64,000 nucleotides of DNA from an uncultured archaeon (GTDB lineage: Archaea > Asgardarchaeota > Thorarchaeia > Thorarchaeales > Thorarchaeaceae): NCBI GenBank assembly GCA_964610875.1, contig CAZSWP010000008.1:1-64000 (forward strand). The letters are read 5' to 3'. Numbering within the stretch: the first letter of the stretch is position 1; every line of letters starts with the position of its first letter. Made by a program: the position numbers and the translations under genes. A model generated the notes under the pieces. That model worked only from the letters and a program-made list of their open reading frames with translations. It ran no database searches and was not told where the DNA came from. Below are positions 46,660-56,839 of this stretch, in pieces.

Positions 46660-48177
46660 ATGAATATCCCCGTGATGACTACAACTGATATGCGCGTCGT
46701 TGAGTTGAACACTGAATATCTTGGCATTAGTCTCGGTACTCTAATGCAACAGGCTGGCCGAGAGATTGCTCGTGTTATTTCTGAATCTGTTGATATTTCC
46801 GAGAAAAAAATCGCAATCCTTTGTGGAACTGGAGGTAATGGGGGCGATGGAATGGTCGCAGCCAGATATTTAGCTACACAGAGTGCACAAGTGTATGTAT
46901 ATCTTATCGGTGATGAGAACAGAATTTCTAGTTCTGACACCCAGGATAATTGGGATATTCTCCAGAAACTGTGGACTATAGAAGTGGATGTTCTTCGTAC
47001 AGAATCTGCAATCAAGAAAATGAAAGAGATCTCCAACTCTGACATTATAGTAGATGGTCTCTTAGGTTTTGGTCTAAGCTCAAATGTCAGAGAACCTGCT
47101 GCTACAGCAATCAAAATGATCAACAAATCCCAGGCAAAGATATTCTCAATTGATGTTCCTAGTGGCATAAACTCTGATACAGGTGAGAAGATGGGTGTAG
47201 CAGTAAAGGCTGATTGTACTATTACTCTCCATGTAACAAAGATTGGTTTGGAACAAGCCTCAGAGTATGTTGGAAAGTTGATAGTTGCTCCAATTGGAAT
47301 TCCCGACGAAGCATCAATTATCTGTGGAAAAGGAGACATCTGGTTGTTCAATCGTCCAAGGAAGAACAGCTCACATAAGGGTGATTTCGGGCGAGTCTTA
47401 GTCGTTGGAGGTAGTAATGTATTCTCAGGTGCTCCTGCTTTGTCCGGAATGGCTTCCTTGAGGGCTGGTGCTGATTTGGTTTCTCTAGCGGTCCCGAATC
47501 CCGTACTCACCCCAGTCCGTTCATATAGCCCAAATCTCATGGTTGCTAGTCTTGACTGCGATTTTCTTCATTCCTCTGTGATTGAAGATATCCTCCTCAT
47601 GGTGGAAGATGTTGATGTCGTAGCAATTGGTCCTGGACTAGGTCGTGAACCTGATACAGAGGATGCAGTACAGACTCTATTGAACAATCTCTCGGAAACT
47701 GAGAAGAGAATCGTGATTGATGCAGATGCTCTGAAGGCGATTGCTGGCTCTGGAATTACGTTCGATGAGAGCAGGGTTATTCTTACTCCGCATTGGGGCG
47801 AGCTTCATGCATTATTGCAGCAGAAACCAACCGACGCTATAGATGATGAAAGAATTCATCTTTCTTTAGAAGCTGCAAAGATGTATAATGCAACGGTTCT
47901 CCTAAAGGGTGCAAAGGACATGATTGTACAACCCAATGGTCGCTACAAGGTAAATCGTACTGGGGTTCCTGCAATGACAGTTGGTGGAACGGGTGACGTT
48001 CTAACGGGAATCGCTGCTACCTTTCTAACAAGGAATTATGGGGCACTCTATGCAGCTTCGGCAGCAGCTTTTGTTTCAGGACTTGCGGGTGAGTATGCCT
48101 TCGAGAAATTCGGAAATCACATCACAGCAACAGATTGTATAGAGTGCATCCCAAAAGTGATGAATACGTTCTCTTAA
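46660..48177 (+). CDS. nnr: Bifunctional NAD(P)H-hydrate epimerase/dehydratase
   Basis: LMQQAG, GTGGNGGDG, DGLLGFG, DVPSG, HKGDFG, GPGLG, DADAL, TPHWGE, GGTGDVLTG. Confidence 0.95.
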   Translation: MNIPVMTTTDMRVVELNTEYLGISLGTLMQQAGREIARVISESVDISEKKIAILCGTGGNGGDGMVAARYLATQSAQVYVYLIGDENRISSSDTQDNWDILQKLWTIEVDVLRTESAIKKMKEISNSDIIVDGLLGFGLSSNVREPAATAIKMINKSQAKIFSIDVPSGINSDTGEKMGVAVKADCTITLHVTKIGLEQASEYVGKLIVAPIGIPDEASIICGKGDIWLFNRPRKNSSHKGDFGRVLVVGGSNVFSGAPALSGMASLRAGADLVSLAVPNPVLTPVRSYSPNLMVASLDCDFLHSSVIEDILLMVEDVDVVAIGPGLGREPDTEDAVQTLLNNLSETEKRIVIDADALKAIAGSGITFDESRVILTPHWGELHALLQQKPTDAIDDERIHLSLEAAKMYNATVLLKGAKDMIVQPNGRYKVNRTGVPAMTVGGTGDVLTGIAATFLTRNYGALYAASAAAFVSGLAGEYAFEKFGNHITATDCIECIPKVMNTFS

Positions 48178-49151
48178 CCTATCACAGGCATTACGTCAAG
48201 ATAACTTTGAGCTAACTGTTTATTCTCATCATTTACTGGAACCCAAACAATTCCTTCATCGGGCTGTCCATAGAGCATTACTGCACCTTCTTCAGCTAAC
48301 ATTACTGCAGGGAATCCCATGAGATCTTCTTCTCCTTCTACAAGAATCAATGATTTCTTTCCATCTTTAATTGCTGTATCCATAACTGACCATGCTTCAG
48401 GATAGATTGCAGCTGCAGGATTGTAAATTATATATTGAATCTCCGAATCAACATCTAGATCAAATTCTCCTCTTTTTGTGATTCTGTCTGCAACCATTAC
48501 ATCTGGCGTGAATCCTGCTTTCTGGATTGTGTCACTTGTCACATCACCCACTGTAATGACTATGCTTGGTTTATCATTCTCAATCCTAGCTACAACTGCT
48601 TCTTCGGGACTTCCTTCTGTCACTCTGTAGATGTTTCCTTTTGGTGCTTTTAGTCCATCTCTTGATGTTTTAGGCAATCTTCTTGCCTTCTGACCAGTAC
48701 CCTCAAGTGGTCTTCCATTCCTATCGATTTCTCCCTGGCGTATTCTTGCAGATGACAAATGCTCCCCATCCAGTGCTCGAACAGGTTTCATTCTATCAAA
48801 TGAATCTCCCCTACCTTTCCTTGTTTCTAATGCGCGTTCTGAAATTTCTTGACAACAATGTCCATCGAACATTACAAACCTTATCGATCTCTCTAACGCA
48901 CGTAACTCATCATATTTTGTGACTCGTATCACAGGTAAATTATATCCCAATTCTAACGAATCGACATAAATCTCTAAGTTTTTCACTCGTAGGTCGAGAG
49001 GTTGTATTAGCTGTACGAGTTGTGTATCATCAGGTATCAGTTCATTATCGATAACGCCTGCAGTGGGATTTGGATGGAGCATTAGACTGTCAAGTAGTAT
49101 TTGATGTCCATAATGCAAGCGGTCGAATAAGTTCAAGGCAATAGTCCGCAT
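48174..49151 (-). CDS. Phosphopantetheine adenylyltransferase-like + DUF359 GTP-dependent dephospho-CoA kinase fusion
   Basis: FDRLHYGH and LSSARIRQGEID (archaeal PPAT); VGDVT, NPAA.I, VEGEEDL, LYGQPDEG (DUF359). Confidence 0.85.
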   Translation of the reverse strand: MRTIALNLFDRLHYGHQILLDSLMLHPNPTAGVIDNELIPDDTQLVQLIQPLDLRVKNLEIYVDSLELGYNLPVIRVTKYDELRALERSIRFVMFDGHCCQEISERALETRKGRGDSFDRMKPVRALDGEHLSSARIRQGEIDRNGRPLEGTGQKARRLPKTSRDGLKAPKGNIYRVTEGSPEEAVVARIENDKPSIVITVGDVTSDTIQKAGFTPDVMVADRITKRGEFDLDVDSEIQYIIYNPAAAIYPEAWSVMDTAIKDGKKSLILVEGEEDLMGFPAVMLAEEGAVMLYGQPDEGIVWVPVNDENKQLAQSYLDVMPVIG

Positions 49152-49237
49152 GTCCTAAACCCAAGAAGGAAGAACTACCTGATAGGTTTAATATCTATGC
49201 TTCCTGCTAAGAAGGCAGTACTCAGTGAGCAGAAAAT

Positions 49238-49924
49238 ATGAAGCTACTAGCAGTTGCAGACGTACATTTCCCGCGCTTTGAGAAAGAGTTCAGAGAAGCG
49301 CTCTCTCAAGTGTCACCTCCAGACCTCTTCCTTTTTGCTGGTGATATGATAAATAGAGGTGCTGCAGAAGAGTACCCTCGTGTCATTGATACTGTAATCA
49401 AGTATCTTGGAGATGACTTTCCTATAATTGGTTGTTATGGAAATGAGGAGTATACAGAGATTAGGAAGGACATCTGCAATTTAGTAAAAGGTCGAATTTC
49501 ACTCCTTGATGAAAAGAGCAAGATTTTCAAAATTGATGATAGAAGAGTTGGTATTGTTGGAACACAGGGTTCTCTTGATAAACCAACAATATGGCAAAGA
49601 AGAAACGTACCTCACATAAAGGATACATTTGCCAGAAGAGCTGACAGGGCAACATCTCTGCTCAAACGGATACGGAAAGCTGACATTCGAATCCTTCTGA
49701 TGCATTACAGTCCTTGTATTGAAACCTGTGAAGGTGAGGATGAAAGGTCTTTTGCTTGGTTAGGAAGCAGGAAATTCTACTCTGTAATCCACACAATACA
49801 ACCAGAACTAGTACTACATGGGCATGTACATAATGCAACAGTTCATGAAGCTAAGATAGGTGCGACGCTTGTAAGAAACGTCGCCCTACCAGCTGTTGGA
49901 AAAATAACTGAGCTCGAATTCTAG
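49238..49924 (+). CDS. Calcineurin-like metallophosphoesterase
   Basis: ADVH, AGD, GNEE, MHYSP, HGHVH. Confidence 0.9.
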   Translation: MKLLAVADVHFPRFEKEFREALSQVSPPDLFLFAGDMINRGAAEEYPRVIDTVIKYLGDDFPIIGCYGNEEYTEIRKDICNLVKGRISLLDEKSKIFKIDDRRVGIVGTQGSLDKPTIWQRRNVPHIKDTFARRADRATSLLKRIRKADIRILLMHYSPCIETCEGEDERSFAWLGSRKFYSVIHTIQPELVLHGHVHNATVHEAKIGATLVRNVALPAVGKITELEF

Positions 49925-50343
49925 CTATGACCGGTTACTTTCATTGTTGGTTCAAACTTGTATCCATAGACGATTATTCCCGAATCTCCGTGTTCTGTGA
50001 TTTTTCTGAAACAAGCACGGACTCTCATGCCTATTTCTACATCGTCTGTGTCTACGTTAACGATCTGGGCGGTTAATCTTGGCCCTTCATCAAGTTCTAC
50101 TTGTGCTACAACATAAGGCATCTGTCGCTTGAAATTCTCCGGTGCTTGTCTGACAACTGCGAAGCTGTAGATTTTTCCAAGCCCTTTGAACTTATACTCC
50201 TCTAGTACTCCCTTCCGTCTGCATTTTGTACAGACTGGTCTGGGTGGGAAGAAATAGGTATTGCAGGTCTTACAGTGATTACCTTGGATGTTGTATATCT
50301 CTCTAATGCGTCTCCAAACTTGTGCTACTCCTTGTTCTGCCAT
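49921..50343 (-). CDS. DUF35 Zn-ribbon/OB-fold scaffold protein
   Basis: CKTC..FFPPRPVC..C, PYVVA.VELDEG, YGYKF; in an operon with thiolase and HMGS. Confidence 0.93.
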   Translation of the reverse strand: MAEQGVAQVWRRIREIYNIQGNHCKTCNTYFFPPRPVCTKCRRKGVLEEYKFKGLGKIYSFAVVRQAPENFKRQMPYVVAQVELDEGPRLTAQIVNVDTDDVEIGMRVRACFRKITEHGDSGIIVYGYKFEPTMKVTGHS

Positions 50344-50348
50344 TCAAA

Positions 50349-51515
50349 TCACCTTCCTAAAACATGTACTATTGATGTTGCACCTGTTCCACCAATATTC
50401 ACTGCAATCCCCTTCTCTGCTCCATCTACTTGTCTACCATCAGCGTCACCTCTTAGCTGAAGGGCAAGCTCTACTATCTGAGCTACTCCTGTAGCTCCAA
50501 TGGGGTGTCCTCGGGCTTTCAATCCTCCGGACGTATTGACCGGATACTTCCCTCCAATCTCAGTTATGCCCTCCTGTACAGCATTTCCACCCTCTCCTTT
50601 CTTCACAATGCCAACATCCTCTGTGAGCATAATTTCGCTTATAGTAAAGCTATCGTGTAGTTCAAAGACATCGATATCCTTGAGTTCAGCATCAGCTTCC
50701 TTCAGTGCTAATCTAGAGGAGTGAATAACTGAGTCCATCTTGGTGATGTCTTCCCTGTCATGAAGTGCGAGTGTGTCGCTTGCTTGAGTTGACGATTCAA
50801 TATATATCGGAGTATCAGTGAAATTCTTTGCTATCTCTGCTTTACACATAATGAGGCCCGCTGCACCATCACTTATCGGTGATGAGTGCAAAATTCGGAT
50901 AGGATCCGCAATTAGACCTGATCCCATAACTACCTTTAATGGCACTGCTCTCTGGAACTGTGCCCAAGGATTATGTGCTGCATTTGCATGGTTTTTAACT
51001 GTGACCAGACTCATCTGTTCGTCAGTTGTTCCATATTGCATCATGTGTCTTCTTGCCATGAATGCATAAAGGGCTGGAAATGTAGCCCCAAACATACCTT
51101 CATTCTCCCAATCGCTTGCAACACTGATTGTGTTCATGGCCTCAGTCTGATTGACATCACTCATCTTCTCACAACCTAAGACGAGCATTAGGTCATGTTC
51201 ACCAGCTTTTATTGCCATGTATGCCTGACGAACAGCAGCTCCTCCACTTGCACAAGCTGCTTCTACACTGTACGCAGGAATATTACCTAGACCACTCATG
51301 TCTGAAGCCAATGCACCAAGATGCTCTTGTCCTGTGAATCGTCCTGCGCTCATATTACCTACAACAATACCATCAATGTCTTCCCCACTTACATTAGAGT
51401 CAAAGATTGATAGCATCCCTGCTTCAAGTGTGATGTCAATGAGGCTTCTATCCCATAATTCTCCGAATTGGCTCATTCCAACTCCGACTATTGCGACTTG
51501 TCTTCCCATCTTCAT
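50349..51515 (-). CDS. Acetoacetyl-CoA thiolase (archaeal type)
   Basis: EAACASG, KNH.NA..NP, SPISDGA, ELHDSF, NTSGGLKARGHPIGATG. Confidence 0.93.
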   Translation of the reverse strand: MKMGRQVAIVGVGMSQFGELWDRSLIDITLEAGMLSIFDSNVSGEDIDGIVVGNMSAGRFTGQEHLGALASDMSGLGNIPAYSVEAACASGGAAVRQAYMAIKAGEHDLMLVLGCEKMSDVNQTEAMNTISVASDWENEGMFGATFPALYAFMARRHMMQYGTTDEQMSLVTVKNHANAAHNPWAQFQRAVPLKVVMGSGLIADPIRILHSSPISDGAAGLIMCKAEIAKNFTDTPIYIESSTQASDTLALHDREDITKMDSVIHSSRLALKEADAELKDIDVFELHDSFTISEIMLTEDVGIVKKGEGGNAVQEGITEIGGKYPVNTSGGLKARGHPIGATGVAQIVELALQLRGDADGRQVDGAEKGIAVNIGGTGATSIVHVLGR

Positions 51516-51520
51516 ACCTC

Positions 51521-52564
51521 CTATCCTAGGGCCTTTATCTTGCGTCTATATTTGGCATAGACTGCATAGCTTACGTATGTCTTCCTCTCAATGAAATCAT
51601 CGACTGTTGGTACTTCTCCTCGATGATTCTCAATTTCATCCTCAACTGTAATGGCAAAACCATCACTACCTGCACCAGATCCATATGATACGCAGAATAT
51701 CCTGTCTCCCGGTTTGGCTATATCAAGAATCCGTGCAAGACCCATCATTGCTGACCCTGAGTAGGTATTACCAATGTGTCTTACAACAAGACTATCCTCA
51801 AGCTTTTCTGCAGGCACCCCAAGTTGTTTGCCCATGGCTATTGGAAACTTACCATTGGGCATATGAAATACATAATAGTCCCAGTCATCAATATCTGTGT
51901 TTGTCTTCTTTAGTAGAAGTTTGGAACAATCTCCAACATGCCTGAAGTAGGCTGGTTCCCCAGTAAATCGTGCTCCATGACTTGGGAAGTCTTCTCCTTC
52001 TCTCCTCCAAAAGTCTGGAGTATCTGTTGTGATAGATACGGTGGTTTCTATGGTGGCTACAGGGTGCTTCTCGCCAATGAGGAATGCTGCACCACCAGCG
52101 GCGGCTGAATATTCCAAGGCATCACCAGGTCTTCCCTGCGCTGTGTCTGACCCAATAGCTAGTCCCACTTCTATCATTTTAGAACTCACAAGCCCCATGT
52201 TTGTCTGAATCGCAGCAGTTCCTGCTTTGCATGCGAATTCAAAGTCTGCACAGGTAATCTCCGTTGTGCAGCCTATTGCTTCAGCTACAATTGTCCCTGT
52301 GGGCTTCACAGCATAAGGATGTGATTCCGACCCTACATATATAGCTCCGATTGTCTTTGGATCAATGTTTGCATGTTTTACTGCGTTTCGAGCTGCTTCA
52401 ACTGAGATTGTGGCGACGTCTTCATCAGGTCCTGGGACAGATTTCTCAAAAACACCCAGACCCTTAGCGAGTTTTTCGCCATCTTCGCCCCAAACGCTAG
52501 CGATTTCTTCGGTCTTTATTCGATATCGCGGTACGTATACGCCATAACCAATTATTCCAACCAT
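51521..52564 (-). CDS. Hydroxymethylglutaryl-CoA synthase
   Basis: [49 protein letters not shown]. Confidence 0.95.
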   Translation of the reverse strand: MVGIIGYGVYVPRYRIKTEEIASVWGEDGEKLAKGLGVFEKSVPGPDEDVATISVEAARNAVKHANIDPKTIGAIYVGSESHPYAVKPTGTIVAEAIGCTTEITCADFEFACKAGTAAIQTNMGLVSSKMIEVGLAIGSDTAQGRPGDALEYSAAAGGAAFLIGEKHPVATIETTVSITTDTPDFWRREGEDFPSHGARFTGEPAYFRHVGDCSKLLLKKTNTDIDDWDYYVFHMPNGKFPIAMGKQLGVPAEKLEDSLVVRHIGNTYSGSAMMGLARILDIAKPGDRIFCVSYGSGAGSDGFAITVEDEIENHRGEVPTVDDFIERKTYVSYAVYAKYRRKIKALG

Positions 52565-52885
52565 GTAGGTTCTCTCCTCGACGGCGGTTCGGTGAATGCC
52601 GAAGCGTTTTACGTCATCTTTCTATCGCTGCGGCTTGAGCCCTTTATAGAGCTTGTTGTTTCGCCAGTTTCTCCCTTACGTCTATCACCGATTTGCGGTA
52701 CGAGTATATGTCGATGTCGACGATAGTCTATTTTGTTGCTCTAGTATTTATGATTAGTGACGTGACACAATTCTAAAACTGTCGAATTCACTGGAATTCA
52801 CGTCGTTTTTATTAGAACTTCTCTTTAATGTCCAGCAGAACAACTCTTTAAGGGAAATGTGTTATAGATTACGCAGGTAACTCAG

Positions 52886-53080
52886 ATGTCAATACCATTA
52901 AGTCGCTCTCGAGTACGAGAGATAATTCTCACAGAAAGGAAAACAGTTGCTCAGCTATTGAGTGAGTTAGGCTTATCTGAGGAACACGTTGTATTAGTAA
53001 ATGGTCAGCGTCAAGAACTTGATGTCCTTCTCGATGAGAATGACTCTGTGATTGTCTTACCCCTCATTGCGGGAGGATAA
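52886..53080 (+). CDS. Ubiquitin-like MoaD/ThiS/SAMP protein
   Basis: 64-aa beta-grasp pattern with VLVNG and C-terminal IAGG. Confidence 0.88.
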   Translation: MSIPLSRSRVREIILTERKTVAQLLSELGLSEEHVVLVNGQRQELDVLLDENDSVIVLPLIAGG

Positions 53081-54571
53081 TACTCCTTTCTTATACCTCA
53101 AGACCTCATCTAGGTTTACTTGATCTGAATCTAACCTGTTTCCATATGCAGGAATCCCTAATTCTGTTGCGAGTGTATTTATGATGGCCTGAGATACCTC
53201 CCTAGTTTTTCTCAAACTCAGGCCTTGGCTGCTATATCCGTATCTAGCTAGAACTCTGAGTAGCACTGATTTTGAACCACTACTATACTGTGTAGCACTC
53301 TTTGGTTGTAGAGATAGATTATCTGGTAACCCAAGTCTCTTAGCTAGTTCAACAAAGATCACTTTTCTCTCGGGATTATTATTAGGCATTACTTTCCATT
53401 GTGGTGGTAGTGAAGCTGCTCGTTCGATGAGATTTCGGTAAATGTAAGGGAAGAAGGGAGCTATTCCATGGTGCGAGATTACATGATGGTCTCTAGCAAT
53501 ATTTGCTTCATGTGTTATGCGTAGCTCACCAAGTAGTTCCTTATGTAATGCCTCTGGTCCACTTTTAGAGAAGATACTCACATGTCTCGCATATCCTGCA
53601 AAGAGTTCATCCGGACCCTGTCCAGACAGCATTACTTCAATACCTAATTCTCGAGCCCTTTTTGCTGCGTAGAAAAACGGGATTCCAATCTCCAAGTCCA
53701 TGATTCGCGAAATCTCGAGTGAAAAGAGTATTTCAGGTATATCTCGCCAAAGTTTCTCTTCTTCAATCATGATATCTTCAAGAGGAAGTCCGAGAAGATT
53801 TGCTCCTTGATGAACTAATTCAAGGTCTCTCGCATTTTTTGCATTAGCAGAGAATAGAATAACTTCATTCACAAAGCTTGATGCTAGATGTGCAACTAGC
53901 GAACTATCAACTCCTCCCGAGAAGAGAACTCCCACTCTCTTAACTCCTTTGAGATGACTGAAAGTAGTGAGCAAATGCTGTTCGAGTTCTTCTAATGCCC
54001 TATCTTTGAGTACCATGTTGTCGATTCCATCTAGAATATCATCTACTTGGTTAGTTTCACTTTTATTGTTCGCTCTTAACCGAGTTATTGATCCCGGCAT
54101 AACCGGCTGAGGGTCTAATCCCATTTTCCAGAAGGGTTTCTTTTCTGTCCCAAACCATATGCCATCTGCTAACGAATAATACAATGGATTCTGACCATCA
54201 ATAGACCTGACTAGATGCACTCCATCTTTGTCATACACTATAGCACTTAGGAAATGATTGGCGATTAACCACTGTGTTAGATTGTTTCCCTGCTCTAGTA
54301 ATTCTGAAACACCTTTACTATAATCACTTTGAATACTAGGAATATTTTCTGGAATACTCACGATAACAGCAGAATTATCGCTTACCTCATGTACTGGATA
54401 TTCGTTGTTCCATGCGATGATGGCTGTGAACTTCAGTGGTATTTCGTCGTGAAGAAGTACGATTTCCTTGGTAAAATCAAATTGGTACGAAATGGTTGAT
54501 GTGAGGTCTCTTATTTGCTCTAGGATGTGATCACTGTCTTTCTCTCCAACATAGCCGATAATTGCTACCAT
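53057..54571 (-). CDS. Asparagine-synthetase-like N-type ATP pyrophosphatase; glutaminase domain lacks Cys1
   Basis: FSGGVDSS, SGQGPDELFAGY, K.A.QY.SG; N-terminus MVAIIG rather than MCGI. Confidence 0.8.
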   Translation of the reverse strand: MVAIIGYVGEKDSDHILEQIRDLTSTISYQFDFTKEIVLLHDEIPLKFTAIIAWNNEYPVHEVSDNSAVIVSIPENIPSIQSDYSKGVSELLEQGNNLTQWLIANHFLSAIVYDKDGVHLVRSIDGQNPLYYSLADGIWFGTEKKPFWKMGLDPQPVMPGSITRLRANNKSETNQVDDILDGIDNMVLKDRALEELEQHLLTTFSHLKGVKRVGVLFSGGVDSSLVAHLASSFVNEVILFSANAKNARDLELVHQGANLLGLPLEDIMIEEEKLWRDIPEILFSLEISRIMDLEIGIPFFYAAKRARELGIEVMLSGQGPDELFAGYARHVSIFSKSGPEALHKELLGELRITHEANIARDHHVISHHGIAPFFPYIYRNLIERAASLPPQWKVMPNNNPERKVIFVELAKRLGLPDNLSLQPKSATQYSSGSKSVLLRVLARYGYSSQGLSLRKTREVSQAIINTLATELGIPAYGNRLDSDQVNLDEVLRYKKGVLSSRNEG

Positions 54572-54663
54572 TGCAAATTCAGTCAATTGATTATTTGTTC
54601 CCGATTTGAATCAACGGAGAATATTCTCTACTATCCACCTGAATGTAAAGATGATTCTATTCA

Positions 54664-55080
54664 TCAAGCAATTGGGACTTGTACCAACTGTACATTTTGT
54701 ACCCCTGTGATATTCTCAAGCATCTTATTCAATTCGTCTACAGAATTCTTAAGTTGCTGAGGAGTGAAATAGCATTCGTAGTAACACTGTTTTTCGGCTT
54801 GACATATACCGCTAGTAAACAGAATATCTTCAAGTCCAGTTCTTTCGAAGATAGATGTGAGTTCTTCTAAGAAGCTCTTACTGAGTTTTTCAATCTCTAA
54901 TCTCAGGTAGTAGACCTCATCGGTGTCAACAGGATAGATCTTCACATTCTTGTCCTTCAAGACCATTATAGCCAATCCAAAAGACTGATTGATACTTGTC
55001 AGGAATGTTGCTGGGAGTGTGATTGAACTTCCTTCAACTATTTTCAAAACATGTGCTCGTGTCATCTCTGATTTGTCCAA
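54664..55080 (-). CDS. Hypothetical protein, possible AbrB-like + ACT-like domains
   Basis: Short beta-rich N-terminus, then a beta-alpha-beta-beta-alpha-beta pattern with TSGIC....CYYE. Confidence 0.55.
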   Translation of the reverse strand: MDKSEMTRAHVLKIVEGSSITLPATFLTSINQSFGLAIMVLKDKNVKIYPVDTDEVYYLRLEIEKLSKSFLEELTSIFERTGLEDILFTSGICQAEKQCYYECYFTPQQLKNSVDELNKMLENITGVQNVQLVQVPIA

Positions 55081-55181
55081 AGCGCTGTCCTCCAGTACGG
55101 GAACACAATTAGCAGGATGTGCTGGTAATTATATCTCTTGCGGGAAAATCAACTTTTGTATAAATACACCTTGGAATGATA

Positions 55182-56759
55182 CTAATGCTTATGCCACCAA
55201 CTACGAAGGCGTTTTATGGCTCCGATATCTGGCTTCTCAACAACCCTTAGTATCCATGAATCCTTATTTGTAGAACAATATTCTAGAAATGCGACCTCTC
55301 CACTTGAACGAATTCTCTCCATTTCCTGTAATTGCCCCTGTAACCATGCTTTCTTTGAAATTGGCATTCTATTCGTTGCTTCATCAAAAAGTGTTGGATG
55401 AAAATCGAATACTAAAGCTCGCTCACTCATATATTCTAGAATACCTTCTTGGAGTGTCGAGCTAAATTTCTCTCTATTTGTAAAGAATGATGCCGCAACT
55501 CTGACATTTGGATACTTTTCGGGTATATTCAATGCAAATTTAAATGACCTCTCAAATTTTGATAGATGTGTGGCAGCATCTAGGATAAGCAGGGTTTCTG
55601 GTTTGCCCTCGTATTCTTCATCCGAGATTTCGATCTGGGAATCTATCTCTTCTTCATGCTTTTCAATTATATCCTGAATCAGCTGTTCGGTGACAGGTGG
55701 TAGAGATGATTCTTCAGGTTCTCCATATGTCAACGAATCATCATCCCATTCATCTTGCGGCATCTTCGCTGTTTCTTCAGGCATAGGCTCTTTTCTTCGT
55801 CTATATTTCGGCTTCATATATCCTATTTCTTCAACGAGATGCTGTAACACAAGTGGTAAAAACAGATCATATAGAGTGCCACGAGTTTCAGTGATTAGTA
55901 AAACTGGTTTATATTCCGAAACTGCTGATGAAAGCATTGATTGATATTCATCACCCACATCAAAGAATTTGCTTAGATTTTCAAGGGAGTAACCCTCACG
56001 TACTCTTTGTTCCCATTCTTGATATACCTCTTTGACCTCTTGCTTCCGTCTGTCTTTTAGAAGACTAACGAATTTACCGAGATACTTTACACCTCTAGAA
56101 ACTGCAGTTGTTGGACTTACAAACACCGTGAGAAGCCCTACAGCCTCTCCTGCATACTCGCTTTTCTCAGTACTTTTTATTTTACCCAACACTTCTTCAG
56201 TCAAAGATGGTGGTCCTAGCTTTTCAGCAAGAACCTCATGCATTTCTTCAAAACTCTCAAAGGCGGCATCACCTGGACCAATATCTTCTCCAACTGGAGA
56301 GGCGTCTGAGATCACTTCTGCAAAAATGTTTGGCCTTTTCATTAACCACTTTAGAGGTATTTTCAGTGTTTCATAGTCGTGCATATATATACGTTCAGAA
56401 TCCTTTGGACCAAAATACAGTTTGATAGAATCTGGAAATAGACTATCGAATATCTCCATGAACTGATCAAAACCTTGCTTGGTACTCAGCCCCATCTCTG
56501 CACGTTCTAAAGCGTCAGCAACAAAAACAAGTCCTGTCTCATTTTTTTTGGCTTGTTTAGCCATTATTGCCATAACTTGCTTTGGAGAAAGATAAAGTAG
56601 ATCGCTTGCCGCATATGGTGCGTCATAAAATGAGAAAATTCCCAATCTCTTCCAAGGCTTATTGTCCATGTTAGTTGTTGCTAAATTTGAAAACCATTCA
56701 AATCCACGCTGATATCTGGGAATGTTCTCTTCATCAAAGTCATCATCAGAGTATGCCAT
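55182..56759 (-). CDS. Hypothetical protein (acidic; possible degenerate P-loop fold)
   Basis: Long clean ORF; LLILDAA resembles a Walker B motif but no Walker A is recognisable. Confidence 0.65.
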   Translation of the reverse strand: MAYSDDDFDEENIPRYQRGFEWFSNLATTNMDNKPWKRLGIFSFYDAPYAASDLLYLSPKQVMAIMAKQAKKNETGLVFVADALERAEMGLSTKQGFDQFMEIFDSLFPDSIKLYFGPKDSERIYMHDYETLKIPLKWLMKRPNIFAEVISDASPVGEDIGPGDAAFESFEEMHEVLAEKLGPPSLTEEVLGKIKSTEKSEYAGEAVGLLTVFVSPTTAVSRGVKYLGKFVSLLKDRRKQEVKEVYQEWEQRVREGYSLENLSKFFDVGDEYQSMLSSAVSEYKPVLLITETRGTLYDLFLPLVLQHLVEEIGYMKPKYRRRKEPMPEETAKMPQDEWDDDSLTYGEPEESSLPPVTEQLIQDIIEKHEEEIDSQIEISDEEYEGKPETLLILDAATHLSKFERSFKFALNIPEKYPNVRVAASFFTNREKFSSTLQEGILEYMSERALVFDFHPTLFDEATNRMPISKKAWLQGQLQEMERIRSSGEVAFLEYCSTNKDSWILRVVEKPDIGAIKRLRSWWHKH

Positions 56760-56839
56760 GGACTGCACCCATTCAAAGACCGGGAAGGTCTGGAACGGGA
56801 TTTATCTCAGCTTGTGATGAGATAAACCTATTCCCGTTC

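Noticed and set aside
46611-47540. 309-aa minus strand ORF
   Set aside because: Antisense shadow of nnr.
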